Part shown: piece after piece, positions 1 to 10,758 of the stretch
How positions within the stretch are numbered: position 1 is the first letter of the stretch
Layout of the letters: every line of letters starts with the position of its first letter
Assembly: GCA_963668625.2 (NCBI GenBank)
Contig: CAXXKA010000001.1
Coordinates: 558,701-622,700, forward strand
Direction of reading: 5' to 3'
Length of the DNA: 64,000 nt
Origin: an uncultured candidate division Zixibacteria bacterium
GTDB taxonomy: Bacteria > Zixibacteria > MSB-5A5 > UBA10806 > 4484-95
The notes under the pieces: generated by a model
Databases searched by the model: none
What the model saw: the letters and a program-made list of their open reading frames with translations, nothing else
What the model was told of the DNA's origin: nothing
Position numbers and translations under genes: made by a program

Positions 1-195
1 ATACCATTTCACGGTCGTGTCGGTAGTAACATACACATGGAACGTTAATTGATAGGGTTCATTGTAAAATACCGTAGCAGTATCATTAACAATAAATACG
101 AACAATTCTTCTTCGACTTGTACGATGTCATCATCGCCACAACCCATGATAACGAATATACTTAGAAGAATAGCTAAGAAAACTGCCTTTTTCAT
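1..195 (-). CDS. lipoprotein, N-terminal part only (gene runs off the window start)
   Basis: Own translation of the minus strand from ATG at 195: MKKAVFLAILLSIFVIMGCGDDDIVQVEEELFVFIVNDTATVFYNEPYQLTFHVYVTTDTTVKWY, open to base 1. Signal peptide plus lipobox VIMGC. Absent from the ORF track because it is truncated. Confidence 0.45.
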   Translation of the reverse strand, partial: MKKAVFLAILLSIFVIMGCGDDDIVQVEEELFVFIVNDTATVFYNEPYQLTFHVYVTTDTTVKWY

Positions 196-291
196 TTTAT
201 TTCCTTTCATTCTCTAAATTCTATATTAAACTCTCGGCCAATATAGTATTTAGTTTATACAAAATCAAAGTAAAAAGGTTTCTTAAGATTA

Positions 292-861
292 TCAGTTGTT
301 CTCGTTTGCCTCTATCGCCTCGATCTGACTTTTAATGAATTTCGCCTGCTTCGATTCGGGCTCGATCTCGATAAATTTCCTCCAGGCCGCGATAGCCTCC
401 ACCGGTTCATTCATACCGGCCATCAGGATGAAACCTTTATTGAACCAGGCCTGGCCCAAATTGGGTTCGAGGTTTATTGCCTTTTCCAAATACTCCAGCG
501 CTTTCTCACTGTTTCCCTCACGAAAATGCATAACCGCACAATCGGTTAATATATCGGCCTGATCCGGTTCGATTTCCAGCGCTTTCTCATAATAAACTAT
601 CGCCGAATCGGATTGGTTCAAATCGTAATTCAAATTTGCTATCTTGATGATTGTCTGAAGATTTTCGGGATCTTCGTCAAGCGCCGCTTTAAACGAGGCT
701 AACTCCTCCTGCATCTTGTCCGATCCATCATCCTCCATAGCCATATTAGAGCCATGCGGCATCACCGTATTATCTTTTCCATTCATATAGAAGAATACGG
801 CAATGGCGGCTATAAGAAAAAAAATAGAAAACTGTATCAACTTACGGTACGATTCACTCAT
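292..861 (-). CDS. membrane-anchored tetratricopeptide (TPR) repeat protein
   Basis: N-terminal TM helix (LIQFSIFFLIAAIAVFFY) followed by TPR-like repeats (AIVYYEKALEIEPDQADIL..., ALEYLEKAINLEPNLGQAWFNKG...). Confidence 0.8.
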   Translation of the reverse strand: MSESYRKLIQFSIFFLIAAIAVFFYMNGKDNTVMPHGSNMAMEDDGSDKMQEELASFKAALDEDPENLQTIIKIANLNYDLNQSDSAIVYYEKALEIEPDQADILTDCAVMHFREGNSEKALEYLEKAINLEPNLGQAWFNKGFILMAGMNEPVEAIAAWRKFIEIEPESKQAKFIKSQIEAIEANENN

Positions 862-1234
862 TAGCTAATTCCTTCAGTTTATGACCTTTAAACAAGAATA
901 AACCCCTTACTATCCTTAAAATGTTTCAATAAAATATCAATCTTAGTAATCATAATTATCCGCTGTTTGTCAAACTCTATTTATCATGGGGCTTGCTTTA
1001 TGTCCTCTACGAGGTTATTTTCAAAATGCTATAGCCAATAATTATAGTTCGGATTGTTATTAATAAAACCGGGCAAACCACGATGACGGTGATAACGGAT
1101 AGGGGAGATAGCTGGTTAAAACTGGAAAAGTAATCGCTGCTTTTGGCAAGCATATAAAGATATTTCATGAGGGCCGGGAGTATGACGGCCTCCTCAGAGG
1201 GAAACTTCTTAAAGAGAAACTCGATAGCTCCCCG

Positions 1235-2014
1235 GTGGCAGTCGGCGATAATGTCGAGATATCCATAGACAGCGATGGACAAGCGATAATCGAAACCGTT
1301 CTCCCGCGCAAACAATATCTATCACGCCCCGATAAAATAACACCCGAAAGGCGTCAGGTAATAGCAACCAACCTCGATCAACTGGTGGTGGTGACCTCGG
1401 CCAGCCAACCGCAATTCAAATCGGGCCTCATCGACCGTTTCCTGGTCAGCGCCGAGCGCGAGAATTTGCCGGCGGCAGTGGTCATAAATAAAATAGATTT
1501 GAAAGAGCCGATATATTTCACAGACTACGTCGAATCGTGGCGCAAGGCAGGCTATACCGTACTGTTTACCTCCGCCAAAAAACGTTTGGGTTTGGATGAG
1601 TTCAAAAAGCTTCTCGAAAAGAAATCCTCGGTATTAACCGGCCATTCTGGAGTAGGTAAATCCACGTTGATCAATTCGATTCAACCTCAACTTGATCTGA
1701 AAACCAAAGATGTTTCACGATTCACGGGCAAGGGAGTACATACCACCACCGCGGTGATTATGTATCCCCTGGATGTCGAAGGCTGGATCGTCGATACCCC
1801 GGGATTGAAAATTTTCAGTTTAACCGATATAGAAAAAAACGAAATGGCCGATTACTTCCCCGAAATAAGGGAACTCGCGCCGGGCTGTCGTTTTGATGAT
1901 TGCAATCATATCAGCGAACCCAATTGCGCGGTTAAACAAGCAGTCGGCGAGGGCAGGCTGTTCGAGGGGCGTTATGCAAGTTATAAAAAACTTTGGGAAC
2001 AGTTAGCTAAGTGA
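1235..2014 (+). CDS. rsgA: ribosome small-subunit-dependent GTPase A (RsgA/YjeQ)
   Basis: Circularly permuted GTPase motifs: NKIDL, GHSGVGKSTLINS, DTPG. C-terminal zinc knuckle CRFDDCNHISEPNCAV. The track start is GTG 1235, but family-like sequence continues in frame upstream to 1112 (see finding). Confidence 0.9.
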   Translation: MAVGDNVEISIDSDGQAIIETVLPRKQYLSRPDKITPERRQVIATNLDQLVVVTSASQPQFKSGLIDRFLVSAERENLPAAVVINKIDLKEPIYFTDYVESWRKAGYTVLFTSAKKRLGLDEFKKLLEKKSSVLTGHSGVGKSTLINSIQPQLDLKTKDVSRFTGKGVHTTTAVIMYPLDVEGWIVDTPGLKIFSLTDIEKNEMADYFPEIRELAPGCRFDDCNHISEPNCAVKQAVGEGRLFEGRYASYKKLWEQLAK

Positions 2015-2213
2015 TAAAAAAGCAATACAATAAAGTAAAAATACAATTAAATAAAAACCGTACTTTTGGTTGCGAAAAACATGCATTTTCTAATAGGTTT
2101 TGTATCAAGGGGTTATATTTATTGCTGTTGAAAATCAAATGATGTGATGTAACTATAAGTATATCAATATGTTAAGTGATATGAAAAAATAGAGACGCAG
2201 TGTCAGAAAAGAC

Positions 2214-2242
2214 TTGACGGCCTATGCGCAAATTATTATCTT
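2214..2242 (+). promoter_or_regulatory. sigma-70-type promoter candidate for the rpsU operon
   Basis: TTGACG (2214-2219), 17-nt spacer, TATCTT (2237-2242), about 80 nt upstream of rpsU. Confidence 0.5.
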
Positions 2243-2323
2243 GCCAAAGGTTAAGAGAATTTACATGATAATTTTTGAGGTTTTAATTTGATAAATTTGT
2301 CTGCGGAAAGGGGGGTTGAATGA

Positions 2324-2506
2324 ATGACAGGCGTCCAGGTACGTGAAACCGAGGCTTTTGAGAAAGCGTTAAGACGGTTTACGAAAACCTGCGAGAAGGC
2401 CGGAATCTTATCTGATATTAAAAAACATCAGCACTTTGAGAAACCGTCCGACCGCAGAAAACGTAAGCTAAACGCTTCTCGTCGTAAGCAAAGGAAAAGA
2501 AACTAA
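2324..2506 (+). CDS. rpsU: 30S ribosomal protein S21
   Basis: 60 aa, basic, with VRETEAFEKALRRFTKTCEKAGILSDIKKHQHFEKPSDRRKRK typical of bS21. RBS-like GGGGGG upstream. Confidence 0.95.
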   Translation: MTGVQVRETEAFEKALRRFTKTCEKAGILSDIKKHQHFEKPSDRRKRKLNASRRKQRKRN

Positions 2507-2527
2507 TTAGAGATTGGCGATTTGTTT

Positions 2528-2974
2528 ATGGGACTAGCCGAAACTATTACCAACGATATAAAGACCGCCATGAAAAGTGGTGATAAGGTTACCCTTAATG
2601 TCTTAAGGATGCTCAAGTCCGATTTCAAATACAAGGAGATCGAATTGGGCAGGGAGATGACAGAGGATGATTTTATGGCTGTCGTGAATAGTTCCGCTAA
2701 GAAGCGCCGTGACGCTATGGTCGAATACGAACGTGGTGGTCGGGCTGATTTGGTCGCCAAGGAAAAAGCCGAGCTGGATGTTCTGGTCAAGTACCTTCCG
2801 CAGCAGCTTTCCGAGAAGGAATTAGAGCAGATTATTGAAGAGGCAATCGCCGAGTGCGGTGCCTCTACGCCGGCAGAAATCGGTAAGGTTATGAAAACCG
2901 TAATGCCCAGAGTTAAAGGGCGCGCCGATGGCCGTGTGATAAACGAGCTTGTCTCGAGTAAACTGAATAAATAA
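2528..2974 (+). CDS. GatB/YqeY domain-containing protein
   Basis: N-terminus L.E.I..DIKTAMKSGDKVTLNVLRML and C-terminal GKVMK.VMP..KGRADG are characteristic of YqeY. ATG 2528 preferred; TTG 2522 is the track alternative. Confidence 0.88.
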   Translation: MGLAETITNDIKTAMKSGDKVTLNVLRMLKSDFKYKEIELGREMTEDDFMAVVNSSAKKRRDAMVEYERGGRADLVAKEKAELDVLVKYLPQQLSEKELEQIIEEAIAECGASTPAEIGKVMKTVMPRVKGRADGRVINELVSSKLNK

Positions 2975-2993
2975 TATACCAGTTGGAGGGGGT

Positions 2994-3677
2994 ATGAATT
3001 GGGTCGATTTCTTTATTGGCGTTGTACTAGTTCTCACTGTATTTGTCGGCTATAAGAGAGGTTTATTCCGGGAGCTAACCACGTTCGCGGGTTTGGTAAT
3101 CGCCGTTATAGTCTCGATAAATTACGCCGACTGGCTTGCTTTTCAGATGGAAAGCGCTATCAAGATCGCGCCGACTTTGCGTTACGTGTTGGCCGTGGTA
3201 GTGTGTTTCATCGGATGCATGCTTATTTTCAAACTAATCGGTTACTATTTCTACAAGATGGTGAAATTAAGCCCGCTGAAATTTCCCGACAAAATAGGCG
3301 GAGCTGTATTTGGCGCGTTCAAGGGAAGCGTTATTCTTTCGCTGGTCTTTCTGATGTTCATTTTCTTTCCGGTATTTCAATCGTTTAACCAGCTTATAGA
3401 TGAGTCGATTTTAGCGCCGTACGTTCGCCAGGTGGTGCCGATGACATTCGATTACACCGATTATTTCCATCCGGAAAGCGGTGAATTCATGGACAAGGTC
3501 ATGTCGGGGGTGCTGGGTTCGCAGATTACCGAGTATTCGAAAAAACCCGAGTCTCTTCTGGACGAGGAAAAAGCGCTCGGCTTTACACTGGAAGACCTTC
3601 GTGTTTTAAACAACATCGATAAATACTTTGGCGAGGAAGTCGAAGTCGCCACCAACGGGGCAAAAGATCTTAAATAA
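2994..3677 (+). CDS. cvpA: CvpA family membrane protein
   Basis: N-terminus MNWVDFFIGVVLVLTVFVGYKRGLFRELTTFAGLVIA and 4 TM helices match the colicin V production (CvpA) family. RBS GGAGGGGG. Confidence 0.85.
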   Translation: MNWVDFFIGVVLVLTVFVGYKRGLFRELTTFAGLVIAVIVSINYADWLAFQMESAIKIAPTLRYVLAVVVCFIGCMLIFKLIGYYFYKMVKLSPLKFPDKIGGAVFGAFKGSVILSLVFLMFIFFPVFQSFNQLIDESILAPYVRQVVPMTFDYTDYFHPESGEFMDKVMSGVLGSQITEYSKKPESLLDEEKALGFTLEDLRVLNNIDKYFGEEVEVATNGAKDLK

Positions 3678-3716
3678 TTTTCGTAAGGAGGGAAAGCTTT
3701 ACAGCCCGCTTGATGT

Positions 3717-6068
3717 ATGAATCCTCATACTATTAATGTACTGGAGTTCAACCGAATAGTTGAAATACTTCACGACCTCTGTTGGAGTATACCGGCCAAA
3801 CGAACAACAATTCTACCCTCGACTGATCCGGCACGAATCGATAACTCGCTAGAGTGCCTGGCTGAGCTGGTAGAGATATATCAAGCAGAAGGCGGATTAC
3901 CGAGCTTGCAGTTCGGCGATATCGATATGATGCTCGAAAAAAGCGCCGCCGAGGGCAGCGTGCTCGAACCATCCGAGCTGGCTGAAATAGCTGATCTTTA
4001 TATCATAATAAAAAGCTTCGTAGAACTTGATAAGCGATACGAAAACTTAAAAAAATTAATTACACGGCTTGATTACGATGAGGAATTAACCAGGGAAATC
4101 GAAAAAACCGTGCAGAAACCTAATGAAATAAAGGATAGCGCCTCGCCCGAGCTGCGGGATATACGCCGCCGTTTACGTAAAACGCGAGACTCGCTGGAGG
4201 CGAAATATAATTCATATCTGGATTCCGATTATTCGAAATACCTTTCCGATAAAGTCGTGACCATGCGCGAGGGACGGTTCGTTCTGCCCGTAAGGGAGGG
4301 CGATAAAGGTAAGATCAAAGGTGTAGTACATGATCGCTCGTCCAGCGGTGTTACCTTCTTCGTCGAGCCGTTCGAAACAGTCGAATTGAATAACTCCTAT
4401 CGCGAGCTTCTGTCCGCCGAGAAACAGGAGATATTCAGGATACTTCGACATTTGACCGACAGAATACTGGCTAAAATAAATGATATCAAACAAAGTATTC
4501 AGGTTCTCGTGCAACTCGATATACTCTCTGCTAAAGCTCGTTTCGCTATAAAGCTGAAATGCCACCGGCCGGAATTCGGAAAAGATGGCGTTATTGATAT
4601 TAGAAACGGCTATCATCCGTTGTTGCGTTGGCGTGATAAAGAAAATGGAACCAACGCCACCGTACCGCTCACTATCGAACTGGCAAAAGACTTCAGCACG
4701 TTAATAATCACGGGCCCCAACACCGGCGGCAAAACCGTTACCCTGAAAACGGTCGGCTTGCTTTGTATGATGGCGCAAACGGGGATGTTCGTGCCGGTTG
4801 ACGAGGGGACATCGCTAAAAATATTCAGTGATATCTACGCCGATATCGGTGATGAGCAATCGCTGGAGGCCTCGCTTTCGACATTTTCCGCGCATCTTGC
4901 TAATATCAAGCGCGCGCTGGAAAACGCCACCGATGATTGCCTGGTACTTCTGGATGAAATAGGCGCCGGCACCGATCCCGACGAGGGCTCGGCGCTTGGA
5001 CAGGCGATTATCGAGAGTCTCGCCAACCGCAAAGTGCCGTCTATTATAACGACACATCACGGCAAGCTGAAAACGCTGGCAGTCAACAATGAAAATATAG
5101 AAAACGGTTCGCTCGATTTCGATACGCTGAAAATGCAGCCAACCTATAAATTCAGGATGGGCATACCGGGGTTGTCTTATGCTATCGAAACAGCACGCAA
5201 GCTGGGCATAAGCGATACGATAACCGACAGGGCCGAATCGTTGATCGACCGCTCCGAACGTAAGCTGGCGGCTATTATAAGCGAGCTGACAGAGAAACTT
5301 CAGCAGGCCGAGGAAAAACTCAATAAAGCCGAAAGCAGCCGGTTATCTTACGATTCGCTCGTGCAAATTTACACCGGCAAGCTCGAGGAGTTCGAAAAAG
5401 AGAAGAAAAAATTAAAGAAAGAATCTCTCGAGGAAAGCCGGAGAATGATCCGCGAGGCTAAAAAAGAGATCGACAGCCTGATCGATCAGGCCAAGCATTC
5501 GGATAAAAAAATCGAAGCTCTACGAGATGTGAGACATAAATCGGATGAAAGATTGCATGAGATAAACCAGCAGGTTAAAAGTATCGAGCCGCCGATTAGC
5601 GAGCCCCGGGCGAACGGTGTCGTTGGCGAGCAAGTTTACCTGCCGGAGATGCAAGCTCGGGGAGAAATAGTATCGAAACCGGATTCGAGCGGTCGGGTAA
5701 AAGTTAAAGTCGGTAATGTCATGCTGGTGACCGATCTCGATAAGCTCTATAAAACCGAGCAAACATCAAAAACGAGGGAACCAAGACCGGTGCCCGGTGC
5801 GTATATCGATAACACGCCCAATCTCGAGGTGGATTTGCGCGGGATGACTTTCGATGAAGCTCAGCCGGTGCTCGACAAGTACCTCGATGATGTTTACCTG
5901 GTTGGGATGAGCCAGGTCAGGGTAATACACGGCAAAGGTACCGGGGCTTTAAAAGCCAAAGTACACGATCATCTGAAAAAACATAAGAGAGTCAAATCGT
6001 ACCGCCTTGGATACTGGAACGAAGGTTCATACGGCGTGACTGTTGTCGAGATAAAGAGGGATAAGTGA
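3717..6068 (+). CDS. mutS2: endonuclease MutS2 (MutS ATPase + Smr domain)
   Basis: Walker A GPNTGGKTVTLKTVG, DEIGAGTDPDEG, coiled-coil linker, C-terminal Smr (LEVDLRGMTFDEA...VRVIHGKGTGALKAKV). Confidence 0.95.
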   Translation: MNPHTINVLEFNRIVEILHDLCWSIPAKRTTILPSTDPARIDNSLECLAELVEIYQAEGGLPSLQFGDIDMMLEKSAAEGSVLEPSELAEIADLYIIIKSFVELDKRYENLKKLITRLDYDEELTREIEKTVQKPNEIKDSASPELRDIRRRLRKTRDSLEAKYNSYLDSDYSKYLSDKVVTMREGRFVLPVREGDKGKIKGVVHDRSSSGVTFFVEPFETVELNNSYRELLSAEKQEIFRILRHLTDRILAKINDIKQSIQVLVQLDILSAKARFAIKLKCHRPEFGKDGVIDIRNGYHPLLRWRDKENGTNATVPLTIELAKDFSTLIITGPNTGGKTVTLKTVGLLCMMAQTGMFVPVDEGTSLKIFSDIYADIGDEQSLEASLSTFSAHLANIKRALENATDDCLVLLDEIGAGTDPDEGSALGQAIIESLANRKVPSIITTHHGKLKTLAVNNENIENGSLDFDTLKMQPTYKFRMGIPGLSYAIETARKLGISDTITDRAESLIDRSERKLAAIISELTEKLQQAEEKLNKAESSRLSYDSLVQIYTGKLEEFEKEKKKLKKESLEESRRMIREAKKEIDSLIDQAKHSDKKIEALRDVRHKSDERLHEINQQVKSIEPPISEPRANGVVGEQVYLPEMQARGEIVSKPDSSGRVKVKVGNVMLVTDLDKLYKTEQTSKTREPRPVPGAYIDNTPNLEVDLRGMTFDEAQPVLDKYLDDVYLVGMSQVRVIHGKGTGALKAKVHDHLKKHKRVKSYRLGYWNEGSYGVTVVEIKRDK

Positions 6069-7795
6069 TGGGTTACATACCCGAGGACATAGTCGAGAAA
6101 ATCAAAGATGATACGGATATTCTCGATTTGATCGGTGAGTATGTCACATTAAAACGAGCCGGTAAAGATTATATGGGTTTATGCCCGTTCCACAGGGAGA
6201 AAACTCCCTCGTTTACGGTCGTGCCCTCCAAGGGATTTTACTACTGTTTCGGTTGCGGCGCCTCGGGTAACGCTATCGGTTTCATCATGCGCCACGAAAA
6301 TCTCGACTACCCCGATGCGATAAAACATCTAGCCAAACGTTCCGGGATAACTATCCCCGAAACCGGCACATCAGATTCCCTCTCTGGCAGGATTTATCAA
6401 GCTACCGAGTATGCGCATGCTTTCTTCAGACGTAACCTGAAAAACTCAACTGCTTACGAGTATCTCAGGGGGCGGGGGCTCAATGATGATACCATTGCCG
6501 AGATGGAGATCGGTTATGCGCCACCGGGGTGGGAAAACCTGTACCGCGAGGTGGTTGCCGATAAGCTGGCTCCGTCGGATTTCGAGAAAGCCGGCCTTTT
6601 CGTTAACAGCGAGAAAAAGCAGGGTCATTATGATAAATTCCGTAATCGCCTTATGTTCCCGATCAAGAATATCTCCGGCAGAGTGATAGCTTTCGGTGGC
6701 AGGGCGCTGGGCGAGGATGAGGGACCGAAGTATCTCAACTCCCCGGAGACGATGATTTATCATAAAGGTTCTGTTCTTTACGGCTTAAACTGGTCGAAAA
6801 ACGATATCCGCAGCGCCGGCAAAGCGATCATCACCGAGGGCTATTTCGATTTCATCTCGGTGTACCAGGCCGGAATCAAAAACGCGGTAGCCGTTTCGGG
6901 CACAGGTTTCACGCCCAACCAGGCCTCGATACTCGGACGGTTTTGTAAAGAGGTAGTTCTTCTTTATGACGCCGACTCCGCCGGAATGAAAGCCACGTTC
7001 AGGGCTGTCGAGGTGTTGTTCAATGCCGGGCTGGAACCGTATATAGTGAGGCTGCCTAAAGGCGCCGATCCAGATAGCTTCATTAAGGAGAACGGTGTCG
7101 AGCCGCTGCAGGTGCTTTTGGATTCGGCCGTGGACTATATCGGTTTCGTAAAAGAATCGTTGCCTGATGATTACGCCAACCTGCCGATTTCCCGACAGGA
7201 ACGTATCATCAAATCGATGGTTGAAACCGCTACGGGCATAGAGGATGAGCTTCGATACGATTTGTTCGTTCGCAAAGCGATTGAAACTCTCGGTTTGCCT
7301 CAATCGGCGGCGGCGAAGTTCCACAAGCGAAATCAGAAAAGTAAAAAAAGAAGCATCCCGGAGATTTTAGGAAGAGTAAAACTCGAGCGAAACTATTTGG
7401 GGTTTTTATTCGGCAACGCCGAATTCATAAAGGAAAGCTCGCAGTTGCTGAAACCTGAGGTTTTTACGGATGTCGAAAGTAAAGAAATTTATTCGAATTT
7501 GATATCAGTTAACAGTAACAGTTTTTCTATCGGAGATTTTCTCGAGCAGTTTTCCGATGACGGTATCCGTCGCAAGATTACCGAAATCATAGTAAGTGAA
7601 ACCGCCGGGGCTCCGCCTGATTTAAGGTTCAATGAGTACTTGGAGAAATTTAAGAATCTGCAGGTATCGGACAGGCTCAATATCTTACAGTCCGAGATAG
7701 CCCGAGCAGAGAGGGAGGGGGACATTGAAAATGCTGACAAACTTACCCGAGAATATCAAGACCTTCGAAACGTCGCTAGAAAAAAGGTGGTATAA
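6068..7795 (+). CDS. dnaG: DNA primase
   Basis: CHC2 zinc finger CPFHREKTPSFTV...YYCFGCGASGNAIGF; TOPRIM EGYFD...LYDADSAG. ATG 6068 overlaps the mutS2 stop (TGATG); the track start is GTG 6065. Confidence 0.95.
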   Translation: MGYIPEDIVEKIKDDTDILDLIGEYVTLKRAGKDYMGLCPFHREKTPSFTVVPSKGFYYCFGCGASGNAIGFIMRHENLDYPDAIKHLAKRSGITIPETGTSDSLSGRIYQATEYAHAFFRRNLKNSTAYEYLRGRGLNDDTIAEMEIGYAPPGWENLYREVVADKLAPSDFEKAGLFVNSEKKQGHYDKFRNRLMFPIKNISGRVIAFGGRALGEDEGPKYLNSPETMIYHKGSVLYGLNWSKNDIRSAGKAIITEGYFDFISVYQAGIKNAVAVSGTGFTPNQASILGRFCKEVVLLYDADSAGMKATFRAVEVLFNAGLEPYIVRLPKGADPDSFIKENGVEPLQVLLDSAVDYIGFVKESLPDDYANLPISRQERIIKSMVETATGIEDELRYDLFVRKAIETLGLPQSAAAKFHKRNQKSKKRSIPEILGRVKLERNYLGFLFGNAEFIKESSQLLKPEVFTDVESKEIYSNLISVNSNSFSIGDFLEQFSDDGIRRKITEIIVSETAGAPPDLRFNEYLEKFKNLQVSDRLNILQSEIARAEREGDIENADKLTREYQDLRNVARKKVV

Positions 7796-9259
7796 ATGAC
7801 CGAAGAATATAACGAAACCATAGAAGAAAGCGCCGACGAAATAGAAGGCAATTCCGAGGGAAGCGAGACCGAGGAACATGTCGATGAAGTTCAGATCAGA
7901 AAAGACCTGATCGATTCCGATGCCGGTAGCGATACGGCCTGGGCTTATTTCAAAGACCTGGGACGTTTTAATATTCTGACCCGCCAGCAGGAAATAACTG
8001 TCGCCAGGCGGATAGAGATGCATAAAATCAGTATCAAAGAGATAATCTTTTCCTCGCTGACGGTACTCGAGAAGATGCTCGAATGCCAGGACAGGCTTAT
8101 AAATAAAGAGATACGTCTTGAGGATATAGTCTCACCCGAGACCTGCCGGTGGTTCGCGCCGGAAAATATCAAACGCGAGAAATCCAATGTTTTGAGCCGG
8201 TTCAAAAGAATCAGCAAAATCATGGATGATGCCGAGAACCAGGTTAGCGAGAAAGAGAAAATCAAAAAGGGTAAACTTCAATTAAGATATAATCTCAGGC
8301 GTAAGTTGATGGCCGAGATCGAGAAGTTTAATTTCAACCTGGAGTTTCTCGAAAGCCTGACAAAGGTTTTCAAACTGCAGGCCAAGGATGGCAGGAAACA
8401 TCGGCGACCACACAGCAGCTTGCCCGAACTTCAGGATAAATCACCGATCGATTACCTCTTCGCCGAGGAGTTGCCGGTCGATGAGCTGGAGAAAGTCAAA
8501 AGACGTCTACGGTTTTTGGAACGCGAATTGGAGAAAGCCAAGCGTATCATGGTCGAGGCCAATATGCGTCTGGTAATCTCGATTGCCCGCAAGTATATCG
8601 GGCGGGGTATGGAATTCATGGACCTGGTGCAGGAGGGCAATTCCGGGCTGGTTAAGGCAGTCGATAAATTCGACTACACCAAAGGATTTAAATTCGGTAC
8701 CTACGCCTCCTGGTGGATTCGTCAGGCGATAACGCGGGCGCTGGCCGAGCAGGCTAAAACGATTCGCACCCCGATGTATCTCAACAGCCAGTATGGCCGG
8801 GTGGCGAAAGTATCGCAGAATTTATTCCAAAAACTGGGACGCAAACCCGATATCAAAGAGATCTCCGAACAATCGGGATTCCCCGAGGATAAGGTCGAGG
8901 ATATCATGCAGATGATACCTCAAACAGTGTCGCTTTCCAAGCCGTTGGGGGATGACGAGGAGAACCAGGTGTTCAACCTGATCGCCGATCCTCAATTTTC
9001 AACGACCTCGGGTAAAGCCTCATTCGTATATCTTCAAGATCAACTGGAGAAGGTGCTTCACACGCTCTCTCGTCGTGAGGAGGAAGTAATTCGTCTGAGA
9101 TTTGGAATGAAAGATGGTATGCCCAGAACACTTGAGGAAGTAGGATTGATTTTCAATCTCACGCGCGAGAGGATTCGTCAAATAGAGGCTAAAGCATTAA
9201 AGAAATTAAGGCATCGCACACGTTCCGAAAAATTGAAAGAATGTATCGATCTGTTGTAA
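7796..9259 (+). CDS. rpoD: RNA polymerase sigma factor RpoD (sigma-70)
   Basis: Region 2 [40 protein letters not shown]; region 4 [27 protein letters not shown]; acidic N-terminus. The ATG directly follows the dnaG stop. Confidence 0.95.
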   Translation: MTEEYNETIEESADEIEGNSEGSETEEHVDEVQIRKDLIDSDAGSDTAWAYFKDLGRFNILTRQQEITVARRIEMHKISIKEIIFSSLTVLEKMLECQDRLINKEIRLEDIVSPETCRWFAPENIKREKSNVLSRFKRISKIMDDAENQVSEKEKIKKGKLQLRYNLRRKLMAEIEKFNFNLEFLESLTKVFKLQAKDGRKHRRPHSSLPELQDKSPIDYLFAEELPVDELEKVKRRLRFLERELEKAKRIMVEANMRLVISIARKYIGRGMEFMDLVQEGNSGLVKAVDKFDYTKGFKFGTYASWWIRQAITRALAEQAKTIRTPMYLNSQYGRVAKVSQNLFQKLGRKPDIKEISEQSGFPEDKVEDIMQMIPQTVSLSKPLGDDEENQVFNLIADPQFSTTSGKASFVYLQDQLEKVLHTLSRREEEVIRLRFGMKDGMPRTLEEVGLIFNLTRERIRQIEAKALKKLRHRTRSEKLKECIDLL

Positions 9260-9593
9260 GTAGACGGCGTTAGATGCTGGATCGTATCAGTTTTTTTTCG
9301 AGGTCAGGAAAGATAGTATGATTACTAATCAGCATCTAATAGCCGGATTATTACAGGGGCAAAATGCTACTTATTCCGGGTTAGAGATTTTATTATTGGC
9401 TTATGTCAAATATTCATTATTGACAGATACTTACATTAATGCTATTTTATTCATGTGAATGGAATCGATTTATCAATAATAAGTGTGCTCGGTTAAAATT
9501 ATTGCAACAAAGGTTAAGTATTTCAGTATATTGAGCTAGTCTCTCGTACAGCTCTTAAGCAAATGGTCTAACTTTAAAACGAATGGGGGAATT

Positions 9594-9914
9594 ATGAACC
9601 TCGATCCGAAAAAAGATCACTCAATTGACTTGGACACTGCCGCAAAATTAACCAAACGATTTCGAGCTAAAACTAAACCAGGAGACTCGATTTCAGTAGC
9701 TTTCAACAAGGCAGCAATTGCGGGGATCATGGATCAATCTGGATGTGTGGGGCTTAGGATGTATTTTGCCTTGACCGATGAAGGCAAGGAAACAGTCGTT
9801 TTAGTTGGTGTTGATGAAAAGGGAAATGATTTATTCAAAGGCCAACTTATGGAATGGGGAGGAGACTGTCCCCCGTATTGCTCGGGAGCGAATCCGCTCA
9901 ATGGCGAAAGTTAG
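9594..9914 (+). CDS. hypothetical protein, 106 aa, with C-terminal GG-DCPPYCSG tail
   Basis: RBS GGGGGA 5 nt upstream of the ATG. No signal peptide. No family recognised. Confidence 0.6.
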   Translation: MNLDPKKDHSIDLDTAAKLTKRFRAKTKPGDSISVAFNKAAIAGIMDQSGCVGLRMYFALTDEGKETVVLVGVDEKGNDLFKGQLMEWGGDCPPYCSGANPLNGES

Positions 9915-9917
9915 TAC

Positions 9918-10643
9918 TTGTTCTACTTGTTCTTAATACAGAATAGTTTTACGATAATCGCTTTGATAACTGGCATTATTTGTTACCGGCGGTTATCGAA
10001 ACCATTGAAATTACTATTCTATCTCATTATGGTTATGGTAGCGGTAGAAAGTTATTCTTTCTACCGCTTTCTTGATGCAAAACCAAATCACTGGCCGTCA
10101 CATATATATATGGTTATAGAGTTCGTGTTGTTTTTCCTCATATTCAAGCAGTGGCAATCGAGCAAAATTATAATTAAAGCAATCAATTATGTCGTACCTA
10201 CATTCTTACTGTTTTGTATTATAAATTACATCTTTTTCAGCCAGCCGATATTTCTGCTCGTGGATGGTCTGATTGTTTTCAACTCCTGGGCTCTATATAA
10301 TTTTATACCGATAAAAATCGCAGTCGTATTTTTCACTGCCATTTCCGCTTTTACTATACTTCAATTGTTTGAAAACGACCGGGGAGATATCTTGGAGATC
10401 CCAGCTTTCTGGGTAAGCTCGGGCTTATTGTTCTTCTCGTCGGTATCGATTGTTTATTTTATACTGGTTACTTTTGTCGTAGTAAGTGATAAATACGCTA
10501 TTTATCCAGCTATCACAATGACAGCTACTAATGTGATGGCCAATTCTTTTTATGCAATGAGTTTCATTGTTCAATGGAAGCACTCCAGGGATTGTTCGCC
10601 GGAAAATATAAAAGATATAAGTAGCCAAGATTTTATGTTATAG
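9918..10643 (+). CDS. polytopic membrane protein (7-8 predicted TM helices), unknown function
   Basis: TTG start 3 nt after the previous stop. Strongly hydrophobic periodic sequence. AT-rich. No family recognised. Confidence 0.6.
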   Translation: MFYLFLIQNSFTIIALITGIICYRRLSKPLKLLFYLIMVMVAVESYSFYRFLDAKPNHWPSHIYMVIEFVLFFLIFKQWQSSKIIIKAINYVVPTFLLFCIINYIFFSQPIFLLVDGLIVFNSWALYNFIPIKIAVVFFTAISAFTILQLFENDRGDILEIPAFWVSSGLLFFSSVSIVYFILVTFVVVSDKYAIYPAITMTATNVMANSFYAMSFIVQWKHSRDCSPENIKDISSQDFML

Positions 10644-10758
10644 CATGAGGTTGTTTGCTTTTAATCGCTAATGCAATCCAGGATTAAGAAATTTATTTAT
10701 TGCATATTTACAGATTTGTGTTATTATTGCGTATATATGTACGGAATCAGGAGTTTCT

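Noticed and set aside
1007-1315. 102-codon minus-strand ORF upstream of rsgA
   Set aside because: It overlaps the in-frame RsgA-like N-terminal coding region on the plus strand, has no RBS and no recognisable features.
9318-9455. 45-codon ORF (MITNQHLIAGLLQGQNATYSGLEILLLAYVKYSLLTDTYINAILFM) after rpoD with an AGGAAAG upstream
   Set aside because: It is too short and featureless to support. It is not excluded, but there is no evidence beyond an RBS-like sequence.
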